Source: the human T2T-CHM13v2.0 reference genome, Homo sapiens. Taken from it: 64,000 bases of DNA. Shown here piece after piece: positions 1 through 13,984 of the stretch; position 1 is the stretch's first letter; every line of letters begins with the position of its first letter. Under the pieces are notes generated by a model, which saw only the letters and a program-made list of their open reading frames with translations, was not told the origin of the DNA and ran no database searches. Where the stretch lies: assembly GCF_009914755.1 (NCBI RefSeq), contig NC_060931.1. One strand, 5' to 3'. The position numbers and the translations under genes were made by a program.

Positions 1-59
1 GGGTGGATTTTTAAAATCTTTAAAAATGTATGTTGCCAGATACATGTCTATGATATTTA

Positions 60-960
60 TTTAAACTTTGTATTTTGAAGTAATTTTAGATGTAAAGAAA
101 ACTTGCAAAAGTAGTACACAGAATTTCTGTATGCCCTTTGCCCATCTTCGTGTCATGTGAGCATCTTACATGACCATGGTACATTTATTTAAGAAACCAA
201 TAGTTTAACAGTGGTACAGTACTATTGACTAAAGTACAAACCTTACTCAGATTTCACCAGTGTTTCCATTACTGTTCTTTTTCTGTTCTTAGATCCAGTC
301 TTTAATTCCTCTTTGTATTTAATTGTCATGTTGTCTTAGTCTCCTTGGTTTCCTCCTTATCTTTCATAACCTTTACTTTCTTGTGAAGTACTGTTAGCAT
401 TTTGTGGTGTTGTTTGTTTTGGTAGCTTGTCTCTCATCTTGGTTTTGCTCGATGTTTTCTCATGATTAGATTGAAGTTATGCATTTTTGGGAAGAATGCC
501 ATAGAAACAGTATTGTACCTTTCTCAGTACATTTTATCAGGGAGTATGTGATGTCCATACATCTTATTACTGGTTATAATAATCTTGATTGCTTGTTTAA
601 GATTGTGTCTTCTGGATTTCTCCACTGTAAATAAAGTTATTATTTTTTTCCCTTGTAATTAATGAATATTATGAGGGAGCTACTTTGAGACTGTGGAAAT
701 ATCTTGTTTCTCCTCATATTTTCAGCCACTAATTTTAGTATCCCTCTGTGCATCTTGCCTACGATTATTGTGGTGTTTGCCTAATGAAGTTCATTACTTG
801 TATATTTATTAGTTGATCATTACGTTAGAAAGAATTTTCTTCTTCTCCATGGAATCATTAATTTCTTCTGTGAAATAAAGTCTAATACCATATTTTTTTT
901 GTTACTTAAATTGTTTCAGCTTTAGCCATTTGGAGCTTTTCAAGTGGGCTCCTGTATTTT
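60..960 (-). mobile_element. Old L1 (L1MC-like) 3' region fragment
   Basis: Diverged L1MC-type phrases (ttgcaaaagtagtacacagaatttc, gggagctactttgagactgtggaaatatcttgtttc); similar text recurs near 25400-27000 and 44800-46200. Confidence 0.6.
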
Positions 961-1070
961 TTTTTGACATGCTCCACCCCTCTCTTAATTCCTTTTTGTG
1001 GACTGCTACTTTGCTTTAAAGCGCCACAAGAATTTCTCTTATTTTATAGATTGTCTGCCTCTCCTCTCTG

Positions 1071-1375
1071 TTTTTTTTTTTTTTTTTTTTTTTTGAGGCG
1101 GAGTCTCACTCTGTCGCTCAGGCTGGAGTGCAGTGGTGCAATCTCGGCTGACTGCAACCTCCGCCTCCCGGGTTCACGCCATTCTCCTGCCTCAGCCTCC
1201 TGACCAGCTGGGACCACAGGCACCCACCACCACGCCTGGCTAATTTTTTGTATTTTTAGTAGAGACAGGGTTTCACCGTGTTAGCCCAGATGGTCTCGAT
1301 CTCCTGACCTCGTGATCTGCCTGCTTCGGCCTACCAAAGTGTTGGGATTACAGGCGTGAGCCACTGCGCCCAGCC
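1071..1375 (-). mobile_element. Alu (AluY-like)
   Basis: Poly-T then antisense Alu body; target-site duplication cctctctgttt on both sides. Confidence 0.95.
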
Positions 1376-1648
1376 TCCCCTCTCTGTTTCTAAGGAGAAA
1401 AGCCAGCTGTTTTTTAAAGAGTGAAATCAGGTGAAGTAGGTATAATAACTGAGGCTGAAAATTTCAAGACATGAAAGAACAGCAGGTGTAGTGATTATAG
1501 CTTTTGGGGTAGATATTAATAAGGTAAATATATTCATCTTTGTTTATTCATTTCACAATTATTGAATGTTTCCTTTTTACAAGTCATTCTGGGGAATTCT
1601 GAATTTTTTTAATATGTATGTGCACAAATATGTACATATATATGTGCC

Positions 1649-1651
<3 letters not shown>

Positions 1652-1683
<32 letters not shown>
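1652..1683 (+). repeat. (TG)16 microsatellite
   Basis: Uninterrupted TG run. Confidence 0.97.
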
Positions 1684-1684
<1 letters not shown>

Positions 1685-1774
1685 TATCTATGGCGTTTTT
1701 GAGGTCTGATGTAGTTGTAAGGCATGTACATAGTAACTAGTAATGTTAGGTTTGCCGTGGAGGTATGTAGTTTT

Positions 1775-1809
1775 TACATTTGATCTTAGCCAAAAAGGGT
1801 GAGATGCAA
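1775..1809 (-). pseudogene. 3'-truncated U2 snRNA retrocopy (~first 35 nt)
   Basis: tacatttgatcttagccaaaaagggtgagatgc matches the reverse complement of the U2 5' end (ATCGCTTCTCGGCCTTTTGGCTAAGATCAAGTGTA); degenerate flanking direct repeat at 1759-1776 and 1812-1829. Confidence 0.85.
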
Positions 1810-2041
1810 AAGGAGATATTTATTTTTTAATGTAAAAAGTACTATGTGAGCTTTGGTGAGGAGGCAAAGATTAATTTTAAGTTATAATAATCCAGCAGAA
1901 TTTAAAATGGGATAACAATTAAATTGAAGAAAGAAGGGGGCAAATATTGAACACATTATTCTAGATACTATAAATATATTATCTATTTGTTAATATTTTG
2001 GATCTCTGAGACAGATGGCCCCTTTTTTCTTTTTTTTTAAA

Positions 2042-2331
<290 letters not shown>

Positions 2332-2377
2332 TTTTTTTTTTTTTTTTTTTTTTTAAAAACAGATTAAGAGCCTGCGG

Positions 2378-2672
<295 letters not shown>

Positions 2673-2727
2673 GAGCCTGCGGCTCAGGGAGGTTAAGTAA
2701 ATAATAGTGGTAGAGCTGGATTTCTGA

Positions 2728-3049
<322 letters not shown>

Positions 3050-3562
3050 TAAAGCTTATTTTTACCATACTGCACTAGCAGACCTCATCTTTTCTGCCTT
3101 CATATAGTTCACATGTGCAGCATATTACTTTAGTTAATATCTCTTATTTACATGTAATGAATGTCAAATTGGAGGGAAGATTTCTCTAAATGACATATTC
3201 CCACCCCCACTCCCAGTCCTCAGTAGACTTTTATATTGGTTCTTCCCTTGCTCCTCCTCCAGCCTCTTTCCCATTGTAAAGTATATACTTGCCTGTCCTA
3301 AATGAGTGGGTTTTGCCCTAGTGAAGATACAAGGGGAAAGGATATTCTGGGAATATAAGCTTAAACCTAAGAGAAGAAAAAATTTAACTTTGAGTAGGAA
3401 GGAAGAATCTAGTTTTGATAATTTGCGAAAGGAGGAAGGACATATCCCAGATTCTTGTCAAGAACAGTGTGGGGAATGAGACATGGCAAGTATTGTTAAA
3501 TTGAAATAACATGAATTTTATAATAGGAAGTTTAATAATTTTGTTTGTTAACTTCCTCTTAG

Positions 3563-3750
3563 GATATTACCTTCCAAATGATGATGGAGAATTTTATCAG
3601 TTCTGTTACGTTACCCATAAGGGTGAAATTCGTGGAGCAAGTACACCTTTCCAGTTTCGAGCTTCTTCTCCAGTTGAAGAGCTGCTTACTATGGAAGATG
3701 AAGGAAATTCTGACATGTTAGTGGTGACCACAAAAGCAGGCCTTCTTGAG
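3563..3750 (+). CDS. TAX1BP1: TAX1BP1 coding exon (probable exon 4; ~aa 89-151; SKICH C-terminal part and LVV LC3-interacting region)
   Basis: ttcctcttag acceptor and GAG|gttggt donor; translates (G)YYLPNDDGEFYQFCYVTHKGEIRGASTPFQFR...DMLVVTTKAGLLE, recognised as TAX1BP1; 188 nt, phase 1 to 0. Confidence 0.97.
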
Positions 3751-3867
3751 GTTGGTGTTCACAGTGAGATAGTGATTCATTGATAATTTTAAGAACAGAG
3801 CTCATGTTGGTTGGCATTTTAAGAATTTTAAGGTTATGTGAGAGTTGCCACAAAAATCGAATGCTTT

Positions 3868-4259
<392 letters not shown>

Positions 4260-7200
4260 TTATGCTGTTGGTTCCACTGTGGCAGAGACTTTCCCTAGGG
4301 CCTATCCTTATTTTGCGCATAGTGGATAGTGCAGTAAGTACCAATTGGGAGAGTTTAGGTCTAAAGCTTTCCTTATGTTCCTTTGCCTAACTTTTTGTGG
4401 TGGCGTAATCAGTTCATTGTAGAATGTTACCGATTTGGGGATGAAGCTGCTTGGGATAATGGTGTAAATCAATAAATCTAACTGTAATTGGATGTGAACT
4501 TTGTTTCACTACCATGAGCATTCTCTTTCTAAAGTGTGGCAGTGAGTCAGGGGAGCTTCCCAGTCTCTTAATTTAGATTGGACATTTTTAGAATGATTCC
4601 TGTTGTACTTCTGATGAAATGAATAAGCCTAGATTAACCATAATTTAAAAAGAAAATTTAAAAAGCTATTTACTCCTTACTGTTTTTGTAAATAGAATAT
4701 TGTGGAGTCATGATCATGGCTTTAATATAAATTTACTATGTAGATGGTCTAATAATGCCTTGTGTATTAATTTTTAGTAGTCATTGACAGAAAAAATAGA
4801 GTGACATTCTTTTCTCATTTTAAGATCACATTTTTCAATATCTTTATCCTATACCTAAAAAACTACAGTGTTATATTTGAGTTATTGTGATTAATTGTAT
4901 ATAGTGCCCTCTATTATAATAATAAGAAAAATAGTTTCTCAAATTGGTTCAGTATACATTTTTGGCTAATTTATATTCATATTTCTTCTATTGCAGCTAT
5001 TGCTTTTTCTTTATAGTTGGATAGATTTTTTTAACATGTAAATATTTAATACCTTTGATTTTACTTTTATTTACCTCAAAGAACTGAGACTGGAGTAAAA
5101 AGACAAGAGGTTACAGATAGAATACTTTTATTAGACAGTCAAACTAGGTTAGGAGGAACTAATGATTTTTTATTGTGAATTCTTTCATATCTTTCCTTCC
5201 CCTTTACAGAAATTCCTCTCTTATCTTAAAGAAATGTAACTTTTATAGGGTGACTAAAACATTTTGTGGTGCAACTGCCTGATGATCAAGGTTTTTAGCT
5301 TTGTATTTGAATGCCAGTCAAAGATGCTGAAACAAACCCAGATCTTAAGAATGCAGTCAGTATTTATATTGTAGCTTTTTGAATACTTATTAGACCACCC
5401 TCATTTCAGGGCCTCCAACAGAAAAGTGATGGGCATTTTGGCATTCACATTTATCTTGTACTTTTTCTTCAAGTAGATTGAGACATATCTCATTCTGTTT
5501 CACTCCTTCCTACTCCACAAAGGGTACTTTATAAAGAATATGAAAATTGCTGTTTCTTAAGTAAATATTTCTGAGATTAAATGTTTTTTTAACAAATATT
5601 TTGGTGAGTCTTTAAAATTCTCACATTCATTAAAATCTTTATCTAAAACTGCACAAAATTATTACAAATGTGAGACATTATCTGGGGCCCTGTTGACATT
5701 AAAAGTGATTAGTGAGACATAATTTTGCAATCTGTGGACCTTGATTGTATCCTAGATTTAAAAAAAAACTGGGGGGATAGTGAGGGATATTTGACTATGG
5801 CCTATTGGAGGATATAAAATTATTCTTAATATTCTTAGCTATAATAATAGTGGTGGTTTAAAGCCAACTGTCCTTATTAGGTGATGCTTGCTCTGAAGTA
5901 TTTAGGAGTGAAGTGTCTGCAATTTCACATTAAATGGCTTAGAAGAAAAAAGGATACATAAACTTAGGTATATAAAGAGATAAACATGCAAGATATTAAT
6001 AATCAGTGAATTTAGGTGATGGATGTTTGGATGATCATTGTAAAATTTTAACTATTTTGTATGCTTAACATATTCCAAAATACAAAATTGAGGCAAGAAA
6101 TGAGACATATACATTCTTATCTAATTTGAATTCTTCTAAAAATGTCTACTTAAGCTTTAGTGAACTCTTGAGAAAGTATATGTGAATTAAATAAATCACT
6201 GGAAAAGGTGATTCTTTTATAAAGTCTATGTTGTGCTATGTCAAGATATATCTTTATTTTTAAGTTGCCAGAGTTTTGAGCCAGATTTAATGCCAAATTA
6301 ATAATGACATTAACCTTTATGGGTGATATACTTGCCTGGTTCTAATTTTCTGTTGACTTTATTGAATGCCATTTATTGCAAACTATTTCAAATCATTTTT
6401 TAAAAATAGATAAGATATAAAAAAATTCAATGATTGAATAAATAAACTTTTCCTGGCATTTTGATTTGATTTGTTGGAACAGGTAGAAGAGTCATTCAGA
6501 AAGTTTGCAGCTATTCAACTTTGATAAGAGCCATTTTAGAATTTAATCAGTTTGATTTCATAATCCCATGACCCTGGAAAACCAATTTGGGGTGTATGGA
6601 GGAAAAACATTTTACCAATTAAATGTATAATACCACCTTTGTTAAGTCTTCCCTGTGAGTCTTCATTCTTCCTGTAAGAGAAATATTAACTTTGTTTTAC
6701 TATCTTATGACCATTTATTTAGTAATCTTTTAGAATATTGAAGTTTATATTTTCCTGAACTATTAGCTGTTCCCATAAGAATCAGGTATATTGTTAATAT
6801 GTTGTTACAGTCTGCATGTTTGTCCTAAAATTTGTATTTTTACTTATGAAGAGTGTTTTAATTTAGCCAAGTAGAGGCCATTTTATATATAGAAACTATA
6901 CATTTCTTGGTGTCTTAAGGAATCAGCACTTTTAGTAGTAATTCCATAGATGAAGGCCTTATATACCATATAGTAAGTTTGTGATAGATTCAAAGATTTC
7001 CTATAGGTTTGCATTCAAGAAGAGGTACAACTTTTCCTCTTGGAGTATCTGATTATTACTGTGGATAAGAAAGCCCTGTAATTAACGGGAACATTAATAT
7101 GCCTTATTTTTAGTTCTGATCTCAAAAATGATTAGCAGCCAACTTCATAATACAGTTCTCTCATTTTGTAATATTTTCTTCTTTGCTCAACCAAAAGAAG

Positions 7201-7393
7201 GTTTAAATTTATGATTGATGAATTTTTCTAACTGAAGGCTAAAAAAAGGCTGATTGATATAAAGTAGGTAGAATGTAAGAGTTCTTTCTGTGAATGTCTT
7301 CATTATTTTTTTTGGAAATGGAAAACTAAATTTGTAATAACATATTTTAGGATTAAGCAAAAAACTAATTAATCTGAGTTTTTTGCTTTATAG

Positions 7394-7552
7394 TTGAAAA
7401 TTGAGAAAACCATGAAAGAAAAAGAAGAACTGTTAAAGTTAATTGCCGTTCTGGAAAAAGAAACAGCACAACTTCGAGAACAAGTTGGGAGAATGGAAAG
7501 AGAACTTAACCATGAGAAAGAAAGATGTGACCAACTGCAAGCAGAACAAAAG
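7394..7552 (+). CDS. TAX1BP1: TAX1BP1 coding exon (probable exon 5; ~aa 152-204; coiled coil)
   Basis: tttatag|TTG...AAG|gttagt; LKIEKTMKEKEELLK...CDQLQAEQK; 159 nt, in frame with previous exon. Confidence 0.97.
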
Positions 7553-8812
7553 GTTAGTTGTGTCTTATGTAACTGATTGAAGTTGATAGTATATTGCCTG
7601 AAACCCACCTTTTTAAAGAGCTGAACCAATTAAGTAAGTGAAAACCAGGTACTGAGAAAAGTAGCCTTTTAGATAGACGTTTATACAAGAACAGGTCAGT
7701 TCCTATTAACCTTCTGCCACAGCTGCTTTTATGTTTGTAAGATGGTTAAAATACTTTTAGACTTTTGGTACCAGGCTTGTTGAGGTAGTCCCTGACAACT
7801 ATTTCCAGATGTTTTACATCTAATTGTAGAATACTTGATTTTTTTTGTTTAGAAATACAATTAGAAATGATAAACGCTGAATAAAGGAAAAATGGGATAC
7901 ATAAATTAAAATTACTTTTCAAAAAAGCATAATTTGGTGAAATAAGATGTAGTATTAGACAAAATTTTGAAATTTTTAATGGGTGAAATGCTATGTTATC
8001 CTAAGAAACAAACTAGTTAAAATTGGCAGAATTTCTTGAGCTAAGAAAAAGAGAGACAGGTACAATGAAGCAGAAAACATTGTGGCTTCATTAGTGATAG
8101 AAATAGACTTGTAAGAAGCCAAAAACAGTGAAAAAACAGTTATCTAGTCATTGACTTGTTTATTTAATATTTTCACAAGAAAAGCAGTTTGTTCTGAAAC
8201 TTACACAGACTGTGATCTTATATATTACAGTCTCATGTACAGTAGAGCCGGTTGGGCATATTTATGCCCATTTACAGTATTGAGCTATTGTTTCCTGAGG
8301 GTGGGGTCTGTTCTGTTATCCTTTTGTCCAACAAGGCCTCCAGCAATTGCTTAATAATTGCTAAATGAACCGCTAGTGCAGTGATTCTCAAACATTTGTA
8401 TACTCCAGTGGAGTGGTTATATATTGCACACCTGGGCAGAGATGTTATACAAGTAAGTCTTAAATTCTGAAAAGATTTTCCTTGCTTTGTTCTATTTGTT
8501 TGAGGATTGCTCTTTTGAGTTAGAGGGTAAACATAATGTCAAGTACTATGTACATTTACAAATCTCCTTATAAATGTGAAGTCTTCAATTCTGTCTTTTC
8601 TATCGTTAGCCTTTTTAGTTAAAAATATGCAAGTATTTCCCAGTTTTACTCCTGGGGAACACTTAGTGTCCTGCAGCAGACTATAGGAGTAGGATTTTCC
8701 ATTTGGTTAAGGAACTACTTTTTTCATTTGAACCTTTGAAGCAGGTATACCAAGTATTAAAATATAGTAAAATCTCATAATATGTGCCCTCGATGACTAT
8801 TAGGACATTCAG

Positions 8813-8815
<3 letters not shown>

Positions 8816-8851
<36 letters not shown>
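8816..8851 (+). repeat. Poly(T)36 tract
   Basis: Pure T run with no adjacent Alu body. Confidence 0.95.
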
Positions 8852-8854
<3 letters not shown>

Positions 8855-10994
8855 CATTTGTTGTAATTCTCTTGCTGCTTTGTGTAGTTATTACTCTCTT
8901 TTTCTCCATTCTTCACATATTTTTCTCATGATTTATACCTGGATTTGGTAGTTTTCCAAAGTTTAATGTCAATCTTTTTTTTTTTTTTCACTGTATTACA
9001 AGCCAGAGGGATCAAGGTGAGATAGATGACTCATGAAAAAGGCCCATTTCACCATGTCCTAAGCCCATGAGATCAAGAATATCCTGAAATGTGGGCTTTG
9101 AGGTTTTGACTCTGATTACTTTGAAATCCAAGGAAGGAATGGATGATTGTGAGAATAGGAATGGCGGAATGATAGGCCTTCATTTGTGTGAAATTACATA
9201 TATATATACACACACACACATCGGGCCATTTCTCTGGTCCATTTGAGTAGTAGCTAAGATTTAAACAGTCTCAGATTCTCTGTGCTCTCCAGGTGATAAA
9301 GGGGTTAAGGACTACAGACAAGACTAAAGTGGTAGACTGAGGTCAGGGGATTAATGAAGCAAAACTTGTAGGACATTGTGGCCTTGGTGCTCAGAAGAGG
9401 TCTTCAGCAGAAGTTTTTATGCCAACTCTTAAATCTTGATGACAGTCACGAATCTTGGAGGAGACTGCTTCTCTGCTGCCATTCTTGCATTGGGGCATAT
9501 TCTCTGGGAAGCACTTGAAAGTGATTTTTTAAATGATATTCCATATTATAGAAAAAAATTGACAAAGGACCTGGAATGGTACTTGATGCATGGGAAGTTC
9601 TCTCTAAATGTAAGTAGCTATTATTATTTTACTGTTTTTCATAATAGGAACCAGAGAATCATCAAGGAAGGACTACAATATAAAGTGTCATCCAACAGGA
9701 CTGGAAATTCATAGCATTTCCCTCAGATTCTAAAAGTATAATGGATACATAATGTAACCAAAAAAACCCTCTAAGTTATAAGACATATGTGGTGACAATT
9801 GTTTATTTCTGGGGATAAAACGTGTTGGCCAGGAGAGATAGTTCCTCTTTGTTACTAGTCAATGGACTTTTAGTTTTTTTTTTTTTTATGAATTTGCTTC
9901 ATATTCCAAAATTAGTCTCCATTTTAATCAAGCATGCCTGCTGGGCAGCTACAACTCCAGACTTTCAAACTGGTCTGGTTGGATGGCTTATAAAATCTGT
10001 GACATTTCTTGGCACTTGTTTTAAATCTGTTCCATGGTGTGAATCCTATAGTAGTTCTAGAGGTCTTCTATTTGAGGTACTGAGTATATAAACTGTTGAA
10101 TATCTGAAAGATTGTTCTGATGTATCATCTATAATTTCATTTAAAGTTTTGTAATGGATTCTCCATGTAATAAGCAGAGACCTTCATTTTCTTCATAATA
10201 GGAGAAATTTATTGCATTTCCATTCTTTTATAAAATAATATGACTAGCTTATTACCTATTCCATACTTGACAAAAAATAAAAGTGAATTAAATTCTGTAA
10301 TTGTTTATTAATAAAATTTTTCATCTTTTATCACATTGACTTTTATCACTCTAAAGTGCTCTAATAATTAAAACTAAATGAAATTCTGATAATTACAATT
10401 CTTTAACTTGGTAAATTAAAAGAATTGGATATGTTGGGATTATTACAACAGATTGGTTTAAATTATGTGTTTGTTTTTAATGTTATTTTATGAAATTGGC
10501 TGCTTGAAGGAATAAACTAGGATTACAAAGTAGATTAAAACTAAAACAAGATAATGTTTATAAATTGAGAAACAATAAATTACATATTGTATTTCCCCTA
10601 GATTTTTGTGGTATCTACTTCATTATTCATGTACATCCTAGATTTAAAAAGTAACTCTATTATTAAGGATAATTTTCCATTCCTTTCTGGTTCAACTGTA
10701 AGGGAAGATTTCTCCCCTCCTCTCTTGAAAAAGGCTCATTAATAAAAATAACTCATATAACACTTAATAAAAGCCAGATGGTGATTTGAGTGCTTTACAT
10801 ATGTTAGCTAACTTCGTCCTGTGAAGTAAGCAGTATCGTCTGCATTTTTCAGAGGTAGCACAGAGAGGCTACTTACTTGTCCGTGATTGCACAGTTAGTA
10901 AGTGATAGAGGCTAGCAGTATGGCTCCAGTCCGTGCTTTTAACCACTGCTGTATACTTCTGAGGGCCAAAGATGTGAGCTGATCTAATTGATTA

Positions 10995-11390
10995 TTTTTC
11001 AAAACAGCTTTATTGAGATGTCATTTGTGTATCATAAAGTTCACCAGTTTATACAATTCAATGGATTTTAATGTATTTACAAAATCATGCAACCATTACC
11101 ATAGTCTAATTTAGGAACAAATTCATCCCCAAAAGAAAGCTTTTACTTACTTGTGGTTACTCTACCGTTTACCTTCTGATTGCTTCCCCCAGTCCCAGAC
11201 AGCCACTAATTGAAATTTCTGTATCTATGGATTTGTGTATTTTGGACATTTCACATGAATGGAATCATATAATATGTGGCCTTTGTGACTGGCTTATTTC
11301 ACTTAGCATAATGTTTTCAAGGTTCATCCATGTTGTAATATATATTGTTAATTCACTCCTTTTATTGCCAAATAATCTATTGTACTGATG
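10995..11390 (-). mobile_element. L1M 3' end fragment
   Basis: cagctttattgagat...aatggaatcatataatatgtggcctttgtgactggcttatttcacttagcataatg, a typical antisense L1M 3' UTR. Confidence 0.75.
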
Positions 11391-13201
11391 AGTATTTTTT
11401 GAAACCCCATCTTTACATTTATCAAAGACTTCTGTGAAAATTAGCAGTTTGTGTGTTTCATTGTGTTCTTGTTTGTATTTTGGAGTGCTAGATACGTATT
11501 GGAAATTGAAAGAGTTAAAACTGAGGCTCAGAGAACCAGTGATTTTGAATCTTGTTTTTCAAATAGGAGTAAAAAGAGCTGTGCCTCTGTTAAGTTTTTC
11601 AGTTAATTTAGCTTATAATTTTTTTGGAGCCTAAACTATGAATTGAGTTTTTTTCATATAATTGTATTTTCAACTTGAATAATAAGATGGATGTGATGTA
11701 CTTCAAGGCATTTTTGAACTATATTTGAGAATATTAAAGTAATATTGCCAAAACAATGTAATGGAGGATGTTACAAACTGTTAAATGTATTCATACTGTT
11801 TTGATTCTTAAGTTTCACAAACTGGGTAGGAGACATCACCAGGTATTTGGGAAGTATCATAGGTATGGGAGTGAGAGAATGTGCAAGATCTCTTCTCTGG
11901 TTAGTGTGGACCTCTTAAGCTATCTTTATCTTTTTGGCTGTTTCTTCTCTAAAACGTAAAGATATTTTGTGTTGTTGTAGAGTGACAGCATATACTGCAA
12001 AGAACAACTTGTCATCAGATAGAGTTTTCCTTTTTATTCTCATTGAAATAAGGTGGTCACTTAGTTTTTCTGAGTTCAGGCTTCCTCATGGATAAGTCGT
12101 CTAGTTAACAAGTGGCAAAGTTGAGAACCTGAAAACCCAAGCTAGGTGTTTTTGTTACTATATTACAATGGCTTATAATAACAGATACAAGTATAGTATG
12201 TCTCTTTATTCATCAAGTATTTATGGAATAAATAGATAACAATGAGTTTTGGGGCTTGTGGCATTCTGACCAGCTTTAATTGTAGTCAAAAGAAGGGTCT
12301 GAAGGTGACGTTTTATTTGGAATATGGGATTTTATGGTCTTGAAAAATGATTTAAAAAAACATATATTTAAAAACTATCATTCTTGGACAGTCCTGGTTT
12401 ACTATATGTGAGCTATTTACAATGTTTTCTTTTTATGCATCTTTAGTGTTTTTCTGTGGCCTTCCAGTTCTTTTAAGAAGTTTTAAAAAAGCACTATTTT
12501 GTACTTTATCATTTTATAAATATTGTGGGTATTCTGGTATTTAAAGGGATGAAAATACCAGTTTTTAACAGCTAACAAATGAATTGAAAGATTTTGTATT
12601 ACTAAAACTCAGCAGTCATTTGTCTCCCTCTAGCGATCACATAACTGTGCCACATTGCCCATTTACTTAGCATGTTTTGATTGAAAACCAGAAAAAAGAA
12701 GTTTAATACCTTTTAAATTATGTTGCACATTTTATGGAATTTGGTTTACATTTATTTAAGATTGTCCTGATTACAATTTTAATAGAAAATCAGTAGTTCC
12801 TGCAAAGATTTTGGGAAGCCTTTAATATCTTGCTTCATTGAGCCTGAGAAGCTATGGTTATACATCATTACTGCCAGGAAAAAAATAATCCAAGTAAACT
12901 AAGACATACCGTTGATTGTAAGATGCATCTCCATTTCAGAAAGGATAAATTGTGGGAAAAAATCAGCATATAGTTTTAGTACAGTAATGTAATGTCTTTG
13001 TGGATATTAGTCATTGAAATGGTTTTCTCATTTATAGAAGAAATTTTTCTTATCAGAATATACCAGGACACATAATGGTATGGTTAGATGAAACTCATTG
13101 ATAATACAATTGAAGGATCATATGTATTAAAAGTTTAAAGTTTAGAATTTTGAGTTGCGGGAACTTAAGTCAAATGGAGTTCTTTCTGATAAATGGAATT
13201 T

Positions 13202-13775
13202 TGTGGTGGTAGCTTTGTAATATGTCACCTTGCTAGGCTGAACTTATTTTCCAGAGTTCTCTTCTCTGTAATTTGTTTAGGATGAGACACAAGAGAGATT
13301 CTTGCATGAGATTTGAAGGCAGAAGTGAAGCAGCAGCCATTTTTGTAGCTTATACAAGTTGTGGCTTCTCTCCTGGCTCACCTTGTTGGTATGAGGTAGT
13401 AGTAGCCAGGCTGCAATTGCCCTACCTTCTGTGGAATCCTCTTTCAGTTTCTCCATCTCTTGGGTTAGGTCTGTCAGGAAGGACCCCAGCATGCTCAAGA
13501 CATCTTGAGACTATCAGGGTCAGAATAAAAACCAACATGGACTTCAGTTTTCAGTCCGTTCTGGTGGGCTTCATCTGGTGATTGTGGATCCTATTTTGTT
13601 CTTGCTTTTCCCACTTTATGATGTCTTTCTTGATTGCCTGCCTTACACAAGCTAGTTCCAGCTTCTACAGTTACACAAGATCAAATCTCTTAGTGTCTCT
13701 CTCAGTCTGTCTGTTCGTCTGTCTGTCTTTCTCTCCCCAGCTGTTTGCTTATCTGGTCAAGCACTGACTGATAAA
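13202..13775. mobile_element. ERVL-type solo LTR (MLT2-like)
   Basis: Begins tgtggtggtagctttgtaatatgtcaccttgctaggctgaac and ends ctgactgata; GC-richer than the flanks. Confidence 0.6.
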
Positions 13776-13984
13776 TTTACCATGGTACATAATTCTTAGG
13801 GAGATTTTATGCAACTTCAAATTTGAAATTCTAGTAATGTAAATTAACATTTAGGAAATTGAATTAACCATTTTCCCTTCAAAATGGTAGTGGTACCTTT
13901 TGGAGTACTTAAGTATTCTTCAGTGTATTGTAAGTAATTTTAAGGATTCTTATAAAGAACCAACCTGGTAAAATGCATAGATAA

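Noticed and set aside
7369-7629. Antisense ORF over a coding exon
   Set aside because: Shadow frame of the purine-rich coiled-coil exon.
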